Assembly: GCA_030704615.1 (NCBI GenBank)
Contig: CM060732.1
Coordinates: forward strand, 7,626,001 to 7,690,000
From: Takakia lepidozioides
Lineage: Eukaryota > Plantae > Bryophyta
Reading direction: 5' to 3'
Length of the DNA stretch: 64,000 nt
The position numbers were made by a program, and so were the translations under genes. The number at the start of each line of letters is the position of its first letter. Within the stretch, counting starts at the first letter, position 1. This document shows positions 1 to 13,036 of the stretch, piece after piece. Below the pieces are notes generated by a model. That model made no database searches. It was not told where the DNA came from and saw only the letters and a list, made by a program, of their open reading frames with translations.

Positions 1-55
1 AAGGGTACCCCACAGAACCTGTAAAAGCGTTAAAGTCCCAAGCAGCCCTCTAACA
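1..55 (-). repeat. 3' LTR (start only) of the Gypsy element
   Basis: Minus strand begins TGTTAGAGGGC directly after the PPT; matches the 5' LTR start TGCTAGAGGGC at 11764. Confidence 0.92.
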
Positions 56-73
56 TTTATCCCTCCCCCTCTC
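56..73 (-). other. Polypurine tract
   Basis: GAGAGGGGGAGGGATAAA on the minus strand abutting the LTR TG. Confidence 0.88.
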
Positions 74-97
74 AAAAAGTCGTGTCCTCACGGTTTA

Positions 98-3000
98 TTA
101 TTTAGGATTAGCAAACCTTTGTGATCGAACACCCTTCTGACGGTGAGAGTCTCGTGAAGGACTCCGTGTGCGAGCCCGAGTCTTGTCACTGGTTGACGGA
201 GATGATTGAGCACTACCCGGAAATGTCAGTCCCTCCTTTGCCTGATAACGAGGTAACCTCTCAGGCATAGGAGACCCCCGTCGTTTCTTCTTTGCCATCT
301 GAATTGCATAGTCCTCTGCCATGTCAAAAGAGTCCGCTGAAGAAACAATAGTATCAGAATCTTTGTCGCCCCTCAGGTGTTTTAACGGCCGAACTTTAAG
401 TGGAATCCTCTGTGGCATACAATGTTGTCCAACCATATCTGGAAGTTTAAATTGCACAACTTGTTGCAAGCGCTGGCGTGCAAAATTAGTGAACGTCCTG
501 AACTCCTTATTTGTACAGGTAAGAGGTGTGCCAATGACTTGGGAACAGTGCAAGTATTTCCATGCCTCATGTCCCTTAAAGAAAATATCGTCAGGGCCGA
601 ATTTCTATGTTGTCAAATTGTTCCAGGCCTAATGAAACCATGAACGAAGTTGGGAATCTTTTTGCATCATAACTTTTGCTTCATATAGGTACATATGAGG
701 TGGCACTGAAGGTAAGACCCAATGATCCCCACTGGAATAACTCAGAAATCGCGATTGCATCTTCTGCTGCTCAATGTGATAACGTGCCAGAAAACAAGCA
801 GCATAGTATAATCCACAGCCCATGACAATACTTGCTACCTCCTTAGTCTTAGTATAAATGTACCCATGTACAACTTGGAAGGCAATTAATTCCTTCAACA
901 TGGTACTTGCTTCAAACCAGTACCTCGCAAAGTGATGATCCTCAATGGGTCGATTGTTCGGAAGAACCTTAGTCCTAGTTGCCACTGGCAGCCAAATGCG
1001 CATGATCTGGTAGTAATGTGCCAACGTCTGTGGAGGACTAAATTCCTTCCAAGCCAAATCCAACACAATGGGAATTTGGTTGAAGGGCATAATCATAGCC
1101 CGACTGTACTCCCGTGTAGCAGGAGTCTTAGGTGGGTTAAAAGCAGCATCCCCCCATACCTCAGGCTGTGGTGTGGCTGTAGTAACAACAGGGTCAGCTA
1201 CCTGCACAGTCACTTGTTGTGGTATTGGTAGCACTGGCCCTTCTACCACTGGCATCTCCTGCACCCCTTGCGAAGAAGAAGACTGAAAAATTAGAGTTCT
1301 GGCCTGTAAATAAGTAGCCATCAGCTGCTCCTCAGGTACAAAGACTCTCTTGTCAATATTTGAACTCAGGTCATCCACCTGAGTCTGCAGGCCTTCTACA
1401 TCCTCCTGTAGCTCCGCTATCCTACTATAGACATTGTCTATAGTAGTTGTGGCAATGTTCTGCACCTGCAGTCTGAGCTCATTCATCTCGCCCTGGGTGA
1501 GCTTCCGTGGTGCTTTGCCTTCCACCGGCCCTTGTGCTAACCAGACCTGCATAAGGTGGTTATCCACCAAGTTGTGTGTGGCACCCCTGAGAGTCTGCTC
1601 TTCTATGAGACTGTACACATCTAACTGCTGCTGTAAAGCCTCCATGCGCTTCGCATGAGGTTCAACCAAACTCGCATAGGCAGCAGCCAGATTATTGGCT
1701 TCCTTCCAAGCCTTGTTAGCCACAGATGGTTCATTTCTATTTACCATGACCGTTTGTTGCAACTCCAGGATGTACCTCTCTTGGTCAGCTTCAACCTGTC
1801 TGTATTGCTTGAAAGTATTCTCATTGCGACAGATTGTATTCTTCATATCAACAATGAGTTTCGCCTGCTCGACTGTCTCTGCCTCTGCCTTCATACATCT
1901 CTCCCCTTGTCTGTTAACTTCTAATGCAGTTTGCTCAAGAGTAGTTGTGAGTGTAGCACATTGTATGGTCATCCTCTCATGTACTGCGTGCAACTCTGTA
2001 TGTAGTGCATTCACTTCTTGCAACTTGCCCTCATGCTTCACCTGCATTTGGTATAACTGTTGTTTATGTGCTTCGTGCAACTGGTCCTGCGCGAGGCCTG
2101 CTTCAATCAAATGTTTCTGGGCCAACTGCAAAGCAGCTTTTGTATCCTCTAACTCTTGCTGTAACTTGAGATTGACCTCCTCATCGACCTTGTTTGCACA
2201 CTCAGTGGCAAGTCGAGCCTCAAACTCCTTTCTGAGCTCCTCCCTCAAAGCTGCCAATTGGGTAGATGGAACATGAGATTTCACATAAGTGCCCAACAAA
2301 TTAAGTGTCATGCTTATGGAACTCATAAGCATGGCCTGCTGAGGGTCATCATGGTGAGCTTGCTGTTGTTCTCCCTGATCCTCAACAGTGTGATGCCTCA
2401 CGAACCATTCAGGCCATTGCCCCACCAGATTTTCTTCCTGAACCACCTCATCCGCCACAGGTGCTGCAGTGTCTTGATATTCTACCCTTGGTACCTCCGT
2501 CACAGGTGTGGGTATTACATGCACAGCAGGGTTTCCCCTGGACAACCCCTGCACCTCTGGAATCACTGTTTCCCTTACCAAGCCAGAATTTTCATAGAGA
2601 AGGTCACCCTTCTCAATTTCGGCCACGACCTGCTCTGTAGTGGGAATGTCCAACCTTTCTCCTTCCAGAGCAATTGGGGGTGATGCCACAACATATACTA
2701 ACTGTGCAACAGAGTCAATTGGTTGTGGTGGCTGTGGTATCGAAGTGACTTCCTCTTCCCTCTCTGAAGGCCCTGCTTCCAATAATAGCAGCTCTCTGTG
2801 CTGTTGTGCCCCATCCTGCACAAGAGCTTGGGAAACATTATCGTGCGGTTTCCGTGAAGCCAGTGGATCCGCCACTACAGTCTTACCCCGCCTCTGTCTC
2901 TTAGACTGGTGTTGCACTGCCAGTCCACCCTCACTGTGTGAAGAGCCTTGCTCTTCAATTGCAGTGGTTTCTGCCTCAAACACTCCCATCTCCTTACGTT

Positions 3001-3853
3001 CCCGAGTATCAAGTATGCAAGAATCAAGAATTATTTGGGCAATGACTGGACCGGACACAATGATCGGAGACTTAGCAGCAGTGCCCTGTAACCTCTTCAT
3101 CTCGTCCACCAATCCGTTGTACATTAACTCCGCCCAAGCGACATCCTCTCCCCTCAAAGCTTTCAGGATCTCCTTTGTGAATGACCTGCTCAAATACTGT
3201 TGGTTCTGTTTCATGGCAAACAGAACGTTCAAGATTTGGCCAACTTCCCTTAGCCCTGGGTACTCGGCTTTGGTACAAGCAAAACCTTGAGTTTTAAATA
3301 AACTCCCTTCTTGGAACAAATTCCCTATCTGCAATCTTGTCCTGTGCTCATCCACATCCACATGTCCTGATGGCAAATCAAACAATTGCTGCAGGTACTG
3401 GGGAGTAATTTCTATATCTACTCCCCTCACCTGAGTAACTCCTGTCCGAGGCTCAAAGTTCTAAAGAAATTGTATCATGAACTGCCGATGATGCAAGGAC
3501 CAGTCCTTGCGTAGCAGTCCCTCCAATCGCAGCTCCTTCAGTAGCTGCACCGCCTGTGGTGTACCAATCGTTTGCTTCTGTAAGATTGTGGTGCTCTTCA
3601 CCCTGATATCCTCCATTCCTCTCACTCTCTTCATTCTAGACAAACAGAAAGGTTTTTGTTGTAACAACTGAAGAAACGTCTGTAGGGCACAAAGCATAAA
3701 AGTATGGTTGGCACTGAATGCATTAATGGGCCCACAATTAGTTGCTGTACCGGGTAGGTACTTTGACGGCCAATTTTGTCTTCCTTCTTGATGACACTCG
3801 TTCTTGCAATTCATGACTGGCTGTGTATCTCGCCCTGGCGTCCACGTGTCCAT
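98..3853 (-). pseudogene. Large extra ORF downstream of pol (~1250 codons; Athila-ORF/env-like N-terminal domain plus long coiled coil), broken by three in-frame TAG stops
   Basis: ORFs 3461-3853, 629-3430 and 98-553 share one frame and are separated only by TAG codons (3461, 629, ~605). The N-terminal W..HHRQFMIQFL*NF...VRGVDIEITPQYLQQLFDLP resembles the plant-transposon (Transposase_32/Athila) domain. The central region is a Q/E/L-rich coiled coil. Confidence 0.7.
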
Positions 3854-3871
3854 TTCTAAACCTGCCTCCGT

Positions 3872-6800
3872 CTACTTTTCCGCCGGCCACTCTCCGGATG
3901 TTAACCCACGTCCACCTGTCACTGATCCTATGGACTGTGTAACCCCGGTAGGCTGTGTTGAGCTGTGATAGGCTGTGTGGCACTGTGATGGGTTGTGATA
4001 GGCTGCGTCACGCTGTGATGGGCTGTGATAGGCTGTGTGACACTGTGATGGGCTTTGATAGGCTGTGTGACACTGTGATGGGCTGTGATAGGCTGTGTCA
4101 CATTGTGATGGGCTGTGATAGGCTGTGTCACACTTGTACTGCCCGCCCTGGTCATATACGCTCGGCTTAGCGACAAGTGCTCCATACTCCGTTGGTATCA
4201 CTGGCGCAGCCCGTGACTGCTTTTGCGTTTCAACATGCAAATCGTGCTGCAATGGTTTGTCATGGATACCACTGTACCCCTTCAACTTATTGGCATTGAC
4301 TCTTCCCAGCATCTCTTTGTTAATGGTTTGTAACATGGCGGTGTTGTTATCATACATCTTCTGTATGACATAAGGTCCTTTCCATGGTGATTTAAGCTTA
4401 GAAGCTTTAATCTTCCCCTTCTTCTGCAACCAGAGAACCAAATCTCCCGTCTTAAAAGTCTTTAATTTGCCTTCATCAAACTGTTCCTTCCTCTTCATCT
4501 GAATTCTGGTCATGTTATCAGCTGCATCAGCACGTACTTCTTCCACATGGTATAATTCATGTTTCCTGACCTTAATTGAATCTTCCAATTCCATTCTCTT
4601 TCCCCATTCAGTTCTCATGGTAGGTAACAAGAATTCCACTGGAAGTAAAGCTTCCATACCATAAACTAATTGGAATGGTGTATACTTAGTGGTGACTTTA
4701 TATGAAGTCCTGTATGACCACAAAGCTGTCAGCAGCTTTGTATCCCAATCCGTTCTGTTTGCATTGACTATCTTAGCCAAGATAGTACATAGTATTTTGT
4801 TGGTAGCCTCTGCCTGCCCATTACCCTGTGGGTAATACGTTGTACTCTTCCTATGCACAATCATGAACTCTTTAGTCAATAGTTCAATGGTCTCATTAAT
4901 GAAGTGACTTCCCTGGTCACTGATAAATTCCAAGGGACAGCCAAATCGTGTAAGTATGTTCTCATACAGGAACCTTGCTGTGGACTTGGCTGTGTTGTCC
5001 CTCAGAGCTTTAGCTTCCACCCACTTCGTAGTATAATCAGTGGCTGTAATTATATACTTGTTCTGTGTATTCTTGGCCGGTGGGTTAATTGGTCCAACAA
5101 AGTCTAGTCCCCATTTCTGAAATGGTTCAGTAGGCATCGTAGGATGCAAAGCCATCTTCCCAGATCTCTGCAAAGGTCCTAGCCTCTGACATTCATCACA
5201 ACTCTGACAATACTTGTGTACATCTTGAACAAAGTAGGCCACCAGTAACCTGCAAGTAGTATCTTCCTACTGGTAGTCTCTTCTCCAAAATGACCTCCAG
5301 CCACTCCTTTATGAACTTCCTCCAAAACTTTATTTACTTCATGGTGGTACAAGCATCGTTTAAGTACTCCATCAGGTCCTAGCTTATACATTCTGCCCCC
5401 TACCATAGTATAAGGTAAAGCCTTGATAGCGATTCTCTTCCTCTGCTCCTTACCATAACTAGGTGGGCACTGACCATGAGTAAGGTAGTATCTGATTGGC
5501 CACTGCCAATCTAACCATTCATCTGCACTTCCTTGCACCTCCATTGCAAATAAACTCGCATCAGGTAATTGGTCGTCTACTCCTGTGGCGGGCTCTCCTG
5601 TTGTTAGGCGTGACAAATGATCTGCCACAAGATGCAAACGGCCAGGCTTGTAAACAACTTCGAACTCAAACTCGTGCAAGATTATTAACCACCTTGCTAT
5701 CCTTCCACTTATCAAAGGTTTGTTCACCAGATATATCAGAGCCTGGTGATCCACATAAAACATAAACTTTCTTCCCAATAGGTAATGCCTGAATTTCTTG
5801 ACTGCATAAATCATTGCCAGTGCTTCTCTTTCAGTTGTGCTATAGTTCCTTTCAGCACTGTTCATCAACCTGCTAGCATAGTACACAGGTGAATCTATAT
5901 TTCCTGTAACATTTTGGGCTAACACCGCTCCCAACGCTTCTCCTGAGGCATCACAGTGAACATGAAATACTACATGCCAGTGAGGGTTAATCAGCACAGG
6001 TGTAGTTGTTACTGACAATGTAAGTTCCTCAAAAGCCTGTTGACATTCAGCTGTCCATGCAAACACTGCATCTTTCTTCAGAAGCTTGCTCAATGGTGCT
6101 GCTATCTGTGCATACCTTTTGACAAATCTTCTGTAATAACTGGTTTGTCCAAGGAATCTCCTTAGACTCTTAACATTTACTGGTGGTGGAGAGGCTTTAA
6201 TGGCCTCTGTCTTCTGGGATCCACAAGAAGTCCCCTCTTACACACAATGTGTCCCAAAAGCACCCCTGAGTTCACACAGAAAGTACACTTCTCTGGATTC
6301 AGGCCCAGACCTCTCATCCTGCATCTGGCCAAACATAACTCCAATTTATGCAAGTGCTCATTCTTAGAGCTGTACACACTGAAATCATCCAAGAACACCT
6401 GCATGAAATCATCCAGATACTCATGAAAAGATTCACTTATCACTCTCTGAAAGGTTGCTGGTGCATTACAAAGTCCAAAAGGCATGACTTTGTATGCATA
6501 AGCACCCCAGTCTGTGATGAAAGTTGTCTTTCCCTGGTCTTCTTCTGCCACTTGCACTTGATTATAACCACTGAAGCCATCCATGAATGAGTACATCTCA
6601 TGGCCTGCCACAGTGTCCAATACCGCTTCTGTGAATGGCAAAGGAAAATGATCTTTCTTTGTGCAAGCATTCAACTTCTTATAGTTCACACAAACTCTCA
6701 GTTTACCATTCTTCTTGGGAACTATCACAATGGGTGACAACCAAGTTGTATACTCTATCGGGTATATAAACTTAGCCTCAGCCAACTTCTTGATCTCTTC

Positions 6801-8017
6801 TCCAACCTTCTGTGCATAGTTGGGATTCATTCTGTACCTTGCCTGTTTGATTGGTACTGACCCTGGTTCCAGTTCAATCTTATGCTGACAGATCTCAGGT
6901 GGTATCCCTTTTAGATCCTCGTAGCTCCAAGCAAATACATCTCTGTATTTGATGAACAAACTCTTAGCTTCTTCAAAGAATTCTGGCTCCAAATCAGCCC
7001 CTACCTTCACCATCCTCGGTTCCTCTTCAGTTCCCACATTCACTTCTCTCACCTGCTCATCAGCTGTGATTGTCCAACCAGTCACCACTTCATCCTGTAA
7101 ACTCACAGTGGCTGGTTCCTCTAGGATTTCCATTTCTCCTTCTCTTTCTTCATAAAAATGTGGTGGGTAACTGCTTATTTCACCTTCAATTGGTGTTGCT
7201 GTCACTACACCACAGCAGATACCTTTTAAACAACTTAGGCCTTCCAGCTGCATCTCTGCAACCTGCTCCCACTCTGGGTGTGCAGCGAACAGGGTAGCTT
7301 CCTGCTCCTCATCCAGTCCTCCCCTCCAGTCATACTCCCTGACCCCTCGAGGTCTTCTCGTAGCAGGTAATCTACTAGATTTCTTAGTGGTAATTTGTAT
7401 CTTGTGCATCCCATTATGCACAGTTAGTAACTGGGAATTCCAGTCATGGAATACCCTGGCCTGTTTCAGCCACGGACGTCCCAACAATAAGGAGTAAGCT
7501 TCCATGACTTCATCCATTTTAACACAGTTACTGTGATCATAAAGATCATCTTTTGAATCTGTATCTTAACTCCTCTTATCAATCCCAATGGCTGTACACT
7601 TCTTTGATCTGCCATTGTTACTGTAAATGGGGCTGGTTTCATGTTACTTAGACCAAGCTTCTGCCTTAATTGGTCTGTCATGATATTCACTCCAGAGCCT
7701 CCATCTATCAGTACATCAGTTAGTTCTGTGCTTCCAATTCTCAATTGGATTACTGGCATAGAATCATCAAAGTCCATGACTGTTTCTCGCCCTTCCGGCT
7801 TCACATTATAACTGGTCACCTTGCTGTTCAGGTCTGTGTTTCCTGTCACATGGGCAATTCGATTGATTGCTTGATACAGCCTGTGTCTACAATAAGGTGC
7901 CACAGCCAATAGCTGTCCAATGGTAATCTCTGCTTTGGTTTGGCATATTACTTCAGCCAAAGTCCCTTCATTACTCTGCATGTCTGCAGCTTCTTTCTTC
8001 CTTTCATCCTCACTCAT
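3872..8017 (-). pseudogene. pol: pol (aspartic protease, RT, RNase H, integrase), frameshifted
   Basis: PR VLIDGGSGVNIM (7466-8017); RT LRVCVNYKKLN...DGFSGYNQ...FLDD (6177-7517); RH HCDASG...YYASR...EREALA (5179-6093); IN GGH...CQSCDEC, WGLDFVGP, ISDQGSHF, NGQAE, WKGPY (3872-5242). Confidence 0.95.
3951..4132. repeat. 30-bp tandem repeat (about 6 units) built from 10-bp GGCTGTG-type subunits
   Basis: Unit cactgtgatg-ggctgtgata-ggctgtgtga; translates as CxTAYHSPSQ repeats at the integrase C-terminus. Confidence 0.9.
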
Positions 8018-8074
8018 TCTCCATCAGAATCAGAGGAATCTGCCATAGGAATATCAGTACTCTTCTGCATTTCC

Positions 8075-10258
8075 TTATGGTATCTGCCACTTCTTGTGCA
8101 GTTCTTTCTCATCTCTCCAAGCCTCATCATCTTCAGGCACATCACTGCCATCTTCATTATCATCATCTTCCTCAACTACTGGAGGTATTAGTTTGGCTTT
8201 GCTTCTCGTTACTATCATTGTACTTACTTCTGGTACAACACATGGCCTAACCATGTGAGCTGCCACCACTGGGCCCTCATTCACAGGAGCTCTCATCTCA
8301 TTCTGGTGTCTAATCCAGAATGAACAGGCTGCCTTGCGATGTCCTGCCTGATTACAATAGTAACACAGTTCTTCACCATTGGGTCCTCGCCCTTGGTCTG
8401 CTCTAGGATTATTTCTGTAATCCTGATTCCCTGGCTGGTAATTCCCCCTTGGATTACCCTGATAGTTGCCTCTGGAATTTCCTTGGTAATTCCCTCTTAA
8501 TTACCTCTCCCTTCCATGCCATTGTTATAACCACCAGGCCTACCATAGTGGTCCTGATCACTGTTTCTTCTTGGCTGGGGCTGCACTTGATGCACCCTTA
8601 CTTGCCTAGGTTCTCTTGCAGCTGTCCTTCTGTTGTAGTAACAATTCTCAGTAGAATGGTTATCCATTTTACAGATAGTACAATGTTTCTCCTTCATGTG
8701 GCATTCAGTGGTGGTATGGCCTTCATTCTGGCACTTTGCACACCAAACACCCTTCCTCCAATGTGTTGCAGCCTCTGTGGCATACTTCTTCAAGATTTCT
8801 TCTAATCTTTTCTCATAGTTATCCCTCTTCAACTTCTCCTTCCTCTTACTCTTCCTTTTCAGCTCTTGCTCTTCTTCCTCATCTGACTCATCCTCAGAGT
8901 CCTCATCATCCCTTTTCTCTCTCTGAGCATTCCCAATTGCTCAATTTTGTTCCCTGTTTCAAATGCCTCCTCCACTGTATTATGGGGTAACATATCCACT
9001 TTCTTTGCAACTCTGGTCTTAGTCCACTCACAAACCAAGTCTTCTGTAAACCTGGTGCTGGTACAGCAGCCAACTTTTTCATCATCAATTCCATTTTTTC
9101 CATATACTCCTCAACAGTTTCATGCTTCTTTTGCTTTAAATGTTGTAAACTTCCATACACTTCATCCTCAGTTTTACTTGTCCTGAACCTATTTCGGAAT
9201 GCTGTATTCAAGCCATTCCAGGTTAGGAAATGATTATCAGGGAATCTTGCATACCATTCACTTGCTTTCTTGATAAGTGAACAAGGAAACAATCTCATCT
9301 TGGCATCATCGCCATTCTCATTGTTCACAATACACATGTGCTCAAATTGGCTAATGTGTACATCGGGATCCCCTTTTCCTGAATATATTGGAAAAGGTGG
9401 TTTTGCCCGTGTTGGTTGTAACGCCATCTGTGGCCCTACCCTCTGCTCACTGATAGATGCTGGCCCCCTTGCTGGTGCTGGTCCTTGAGGACCTGTTGTA
9501 GTTGTGGTGGATCTTCCACCAAGTGGTGGCCCCTGAGCACTCCCTGCTACTGGCCCCACGATATTCACAGTATTCCCAGCTCCAGTTGCACTACTTCCCA
9601 CACTCCCTGTCCCCCCAGAGCCAGATCCAGGCTGCCCGCCTGATCCCCCTGAGCCGACACCTTCGTTGGCCTGTGATCCAAGTGCTCCACTTGATCCAGG
9701 TCCAACGGGTTGGGATGTCCTGGTTGTAGTCTCAACCTCAGCTGTTGGGTCTACTTCTTCATACTCTTCCTCTTCCAATTTCTTCTCTCTGTTTTCATCC
9801 TCCAAGTTCTGCCCTTGGGTTTCTTCTTCACTCATGTAACTCAACTGCAATGGTGTTGGAGAGTCTGAACTCTCCGTTGGCTCTGCCACATCCTCTCCTC
9901 CTTCTTCACCTTCCGTTTCAGAAACTGGAGTTCCTGCTTTTGGTGTTCCATGCCAACTCTTATCAAAGATTTCTGTCAAATCTTTTATCCAGGGATGTAC
10001 CTCAGATCTTTCACCTCGTGGTTGATCTTCTTCCCGTACCAATTCCCTTAATCTTTCTTGCAAAGAAAAAGAAGGAGTGGCATCCAACTCTAGTTCTTCC
10101 GGTATGGGTGATGTACTCTCTGATCTTAATGGTGTGAGAGGTCCAGATGATTCCCCTATGTCTATTCCTCTCTCCCAAAGATATGGATAATTAGCTTTCA
10201 GATAACTTTCTTTTTTTGCTGAATATCTCTGGAGTCTAGCTTCTCTTTCATCACTCAT
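8075..10258 (-). pseudogene. gag: gag with three CCHC zinc knuckles, frameshifted
   Basis: Retrotransposon gag core (YSGKGDPDVHI...LFPCSL...A.EWY...LKQKKHETVEEY...FVSGLRPE); knuckles CAKCQNEGHTTTEC, CTICKMDNHSTENC, CYYCNQAGHRKAAC. Confidence 0.9.
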
Positions 10259-10279
10259 GTCCCATGTCTTTCATTTCTT

Positions 10280-11011
10280 TTAATGTGGCAATAACCAAAA
10301 CTCTCTTCTGTAGTATCTCTCGTATATGCCTGGGTTTCTTTCAAGCTTCAATGCACCCTTGGCTATACTAGAAGTCTCCGTTACCATATAACCATATGGC
10401 AAACAAGTCTGGAAAGCTGTTCTTGGTGTGAGTTTGATCCACAGAATATCCTTTGGAATCCAATTCTTTACCAGTACAAGCTCTTTATGCATATGAGTAT
10501 AAACATTCATCTTCTTTTCCTCCAAGCCTTCAAACTCTACTCGCTTAATGGATAGCAATGCTATCACATAAACTAGTGTTGGTAACCAACGTGCTCTTCC
10601 TTTACAGGCCACCTGATAAATCTTTATCACTCCTTTCTCCAGACCCCACTCAGGGTCAGCATCATGCACTCTCTTAAGAATGTTTTCTTTACAACCGTCT
10701 GGCAATTCCAAGAATCTCTGAAAGAATCGTTTGGACAATCTTTCCTTTTCAGTTTCACAGGGAATTTGATTCACATCAAATTCTTTAATTCTCCAACCAG
10801 CATGATCCCACCAAATGCCTGTCACATCTGGTTGTTCATAACCCAGTTCCCCAGTATGGTCGCCAAATGTCGAGCGGCTTTTACTCACCCATCCCTTCGC
10901 TATCCGAGGTGGAAACTCCAAGATAGAAGAGTTGGATATCTCTAAGCACTCAGTCTGCTCAGTACAATCAGTCATGACCTGCAGTTTGTGAATCATGGTT
11001 GTGCTTCCCAT
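10280..11011 (-). CDS. Extra ORF upstream of gag, unknown function (243 aa)
   Basis: Open ATG-initiated ORF between the PBS region and gag, on the same strand; protein-like composition. Confidence 0.6.
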   Translation of the reverse strand: MGSTTMIHKLQVMTDCTEQTECLEISNSSILEFPPRIAKGWVSKSRSTFGDHTGELGYEQPDVTGIWWDHAGWRIKEFDVNQIPCETEKERLSKRFFQRFLELPDGCKENILKRVHDADPEWGLEKGVIKIYQVACKGRARWLPTLVYVIALLSIKRVEFEGLEEKKMNVYTHMHKELVLVKNWIPKDILWIKLTPRTAFQTCLPYGYMVTETSSIAKGALKLERNPGIYERYYRREFWLLPH

Positions 11012-11176
11012 TTGTATTCCTTCTTGCCTTCATGTTATCAATTTACCTTATCTGATACTGAAGCATCAGATTGCTTCAGTATCTTCTTAGTTCCAGTTAA
11101 TCAAACATTCATTTCACAGCTTCACTCATGTCTCTCTACACAGTGTGTTTGTATCGAATAAGTATCAGATTATGAT

Positions 11177-11194
11177 TTATCAGGTACTAGACCA
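11177..11194 (-). other. Putative primer-binding site (tRNA unassigned)
   Basis: TGGTCTAGTACCTG lies 1 nt after the LTR-terminal TGACA; only partial resemblance to a tRNA-Tyr 3' end. Confidence 0.45.
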
Positions 11195-11195
11195 A

Positions 11196-11764
11196 TGTCA
11201 AAGTGACTCTAATCCGCCCTACAGTATCACTACAGCTCTGCATGAAATAAACCTCCATCAAGTCATCATCTCCTCTTCTATGTAATCGTCATCCCTGTGC
11301 TCCAAGATCGTGCCCTCCGTCTGACCTTTCCCCTGATGTCTAAGTAGTGATCTAAGAAGCCCCCCCAGAAGTCCCCGCTCTTCGCTTTATCTACCTACAA
11401 GCTGTTCTAACTGCCTTGCTAACTAACCGTCACCCCTGTACCGTGACAACTGTGCAAAACTGCGTTGGGCTGTGACTGGCAGTGATTGGCTGTGACGACT
11501 GTGACGGGCTGTGACGGCTGTGTCGGGCTGTGACTGGCTGTGTCGGCTGTATCGGGCTGTTTCGGGCTGTGTTGACTGTGGCGGCTGTGTAAAGCTGTGG
11601 CGGGCTGTGTCGGGCTGTGTAACGCTGTGGCGGGCTGTGTAACCCCCCCCCCTAAAGCCTGCTGCTGTCACCCCTAAGGCTCCTGTTGATCTCAGTCTGT
11701 GTAAAAATTAAGGGTACCCCACAGAACCTGTAAAAGCGTTAAAGTCCCAAGCAGCCCTCTAGCA
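11196..11764 (-). repeat. 5' LTR (~569 bp, TG...CA)
   Basis: Starts TGCTAG at 11764 (matches the 3' LTR) and ends TGACA at 11196, next to the TGG of the PBS. Confidence 0.75.
11467..11640. repeat. 10-bp periodic GGGCTGTGTC-type array in U3
   Basis: Successive degenerate decamers (gggctgtgac, ggctgtgtc, gggctgtttc, gggctgtggc). Confidence 0.85.
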
Positions 11765-13036
11765 CTTACCCTTGCTTTTGGTTCTTGATGACCACTTCTA
11801 CATGTTTTGGAGTTAAGACACACAAGGGACTTCATAGAAAATAAAATCTCTACTGAAAGCTCTGGCTGTTTTCAACAAAGGTATAGGGCTGCAGCTATAA
11901 CTCTGGCTGCATGGAAACTAGGCTCTGAAATGAAACATCATGGCCTGGCTCGGAAGATAGACCTTGTCTGATAACAAACATTCTTCAAGGCTCTCATATC
12001 ACCGTGATTTCATTGCATGATAGGGGACAGAGGTTTCTGAGTTCCTTTCTTTAACTGGCAGAGCTTTTTATGAGGCTTGCTCATTCATTTGCAATGCTAT
12101 GATACCTTCAGGCTGGCTGTTTTTTTAGGAAGGCGACTTATTCAAAAACTGGAGTCTAAAACAATAACCTTTCGACAAGTAGCCTAGCATGACAGTTTTA
12201 AATACTCTTTCATGGCCTAAACCTGGTCATGATACACCTTGCTAGGTGTAGAGATATTCGCACTTAGATAAAACTAAGCAAGAGAGACACTTGTTGCTTG
12301 AAGGGCTTGGTTCTGGAGATTATCTCCAGACCTGCAAATCTGGTTTCTGAAATGAAGGTACAATCTGCAAGTATAGGGGAATTTTTTATTAAACCATGGT
12401 GCTTTCATGATATGATTGACCTGGAATTCTGAGTTATTTATTTTTTACCCTGGCAGAGCTGTTTATGAGGCCCCGGAATACCAATCCAGGCTTGCATATG
12501 CCTGAAAAAACTCAGCCCCGTTTCTACTATATGAATCTTGCATGTGTCTTAGCACTGATAGAGGTTTCAAGCCAACACAGGATGCCTTTTTAGGAAGATG
12601 AATGGCTCAAGAACTAGATTATGTAAGGCTTGACCCATGTCAACAAAAAATGAGGAATCATTATGTCAACAGGCAAATGCTTAAGACATGTATGGCTTGT
12701 TGTTTCAATTGCAATTTAAAGTACTATGTGCTTGGCTCTCAAGATTTATCTCCAGACCTACAATCTGGTTTTTGAAATGATGTTACAATCGGCAAGTATG
12801 GTGGTGATCGTTGTATGTCAAACTATGGTGCTTTCATAATATGATTGACCAAGAATCCCACCCTCCCACCCTGTTTTTTTCAGATACCCTGAAATGTAAT
12901 GGGATATTCAAATGAGATGGTAAACATGGAAGTGGTTATTAGATGGTGCCCTGTAAAGGGCTGTTTTGTCTTTCAATGATAATGACCTTAGTGGTCTTGT
13001 CCATGTGTTGACATGACATGTATATCTTCCCTCTCT
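11765..13036 (+). repeat. Copy 1 of a ~1.27 kb direct duplication
   Basis: Near-identical to 15202-16466 (offset ~3.43 kb). Confidence 0.93.

Larger units (their letters stand above)
1..11764 (-). mobile_element. Ty3/Gypsy LTR retrotransposon, non-chromovirus (Athila/Phygy/Selgy-like), 3' LTR runs off the window
   Basis: Order on the minus strand: 5'LTR-PBS-extra ORF-gag-PR-RT-RH-IN-extra ORF-PPT-3'LTR. Bases 1-55 match 11710-11764 with one mismatch. RT motifs DGFSGYNQ and MPFGLCNAPATFQ; no chromodomain. Confidence 0.95.

Noticed and set aside
932-3290. Plus-strand ORFs overlapping the large minus-strand ORF
   Set aside because: Ser/Cys-rich antisense shadows of the real coding strand.
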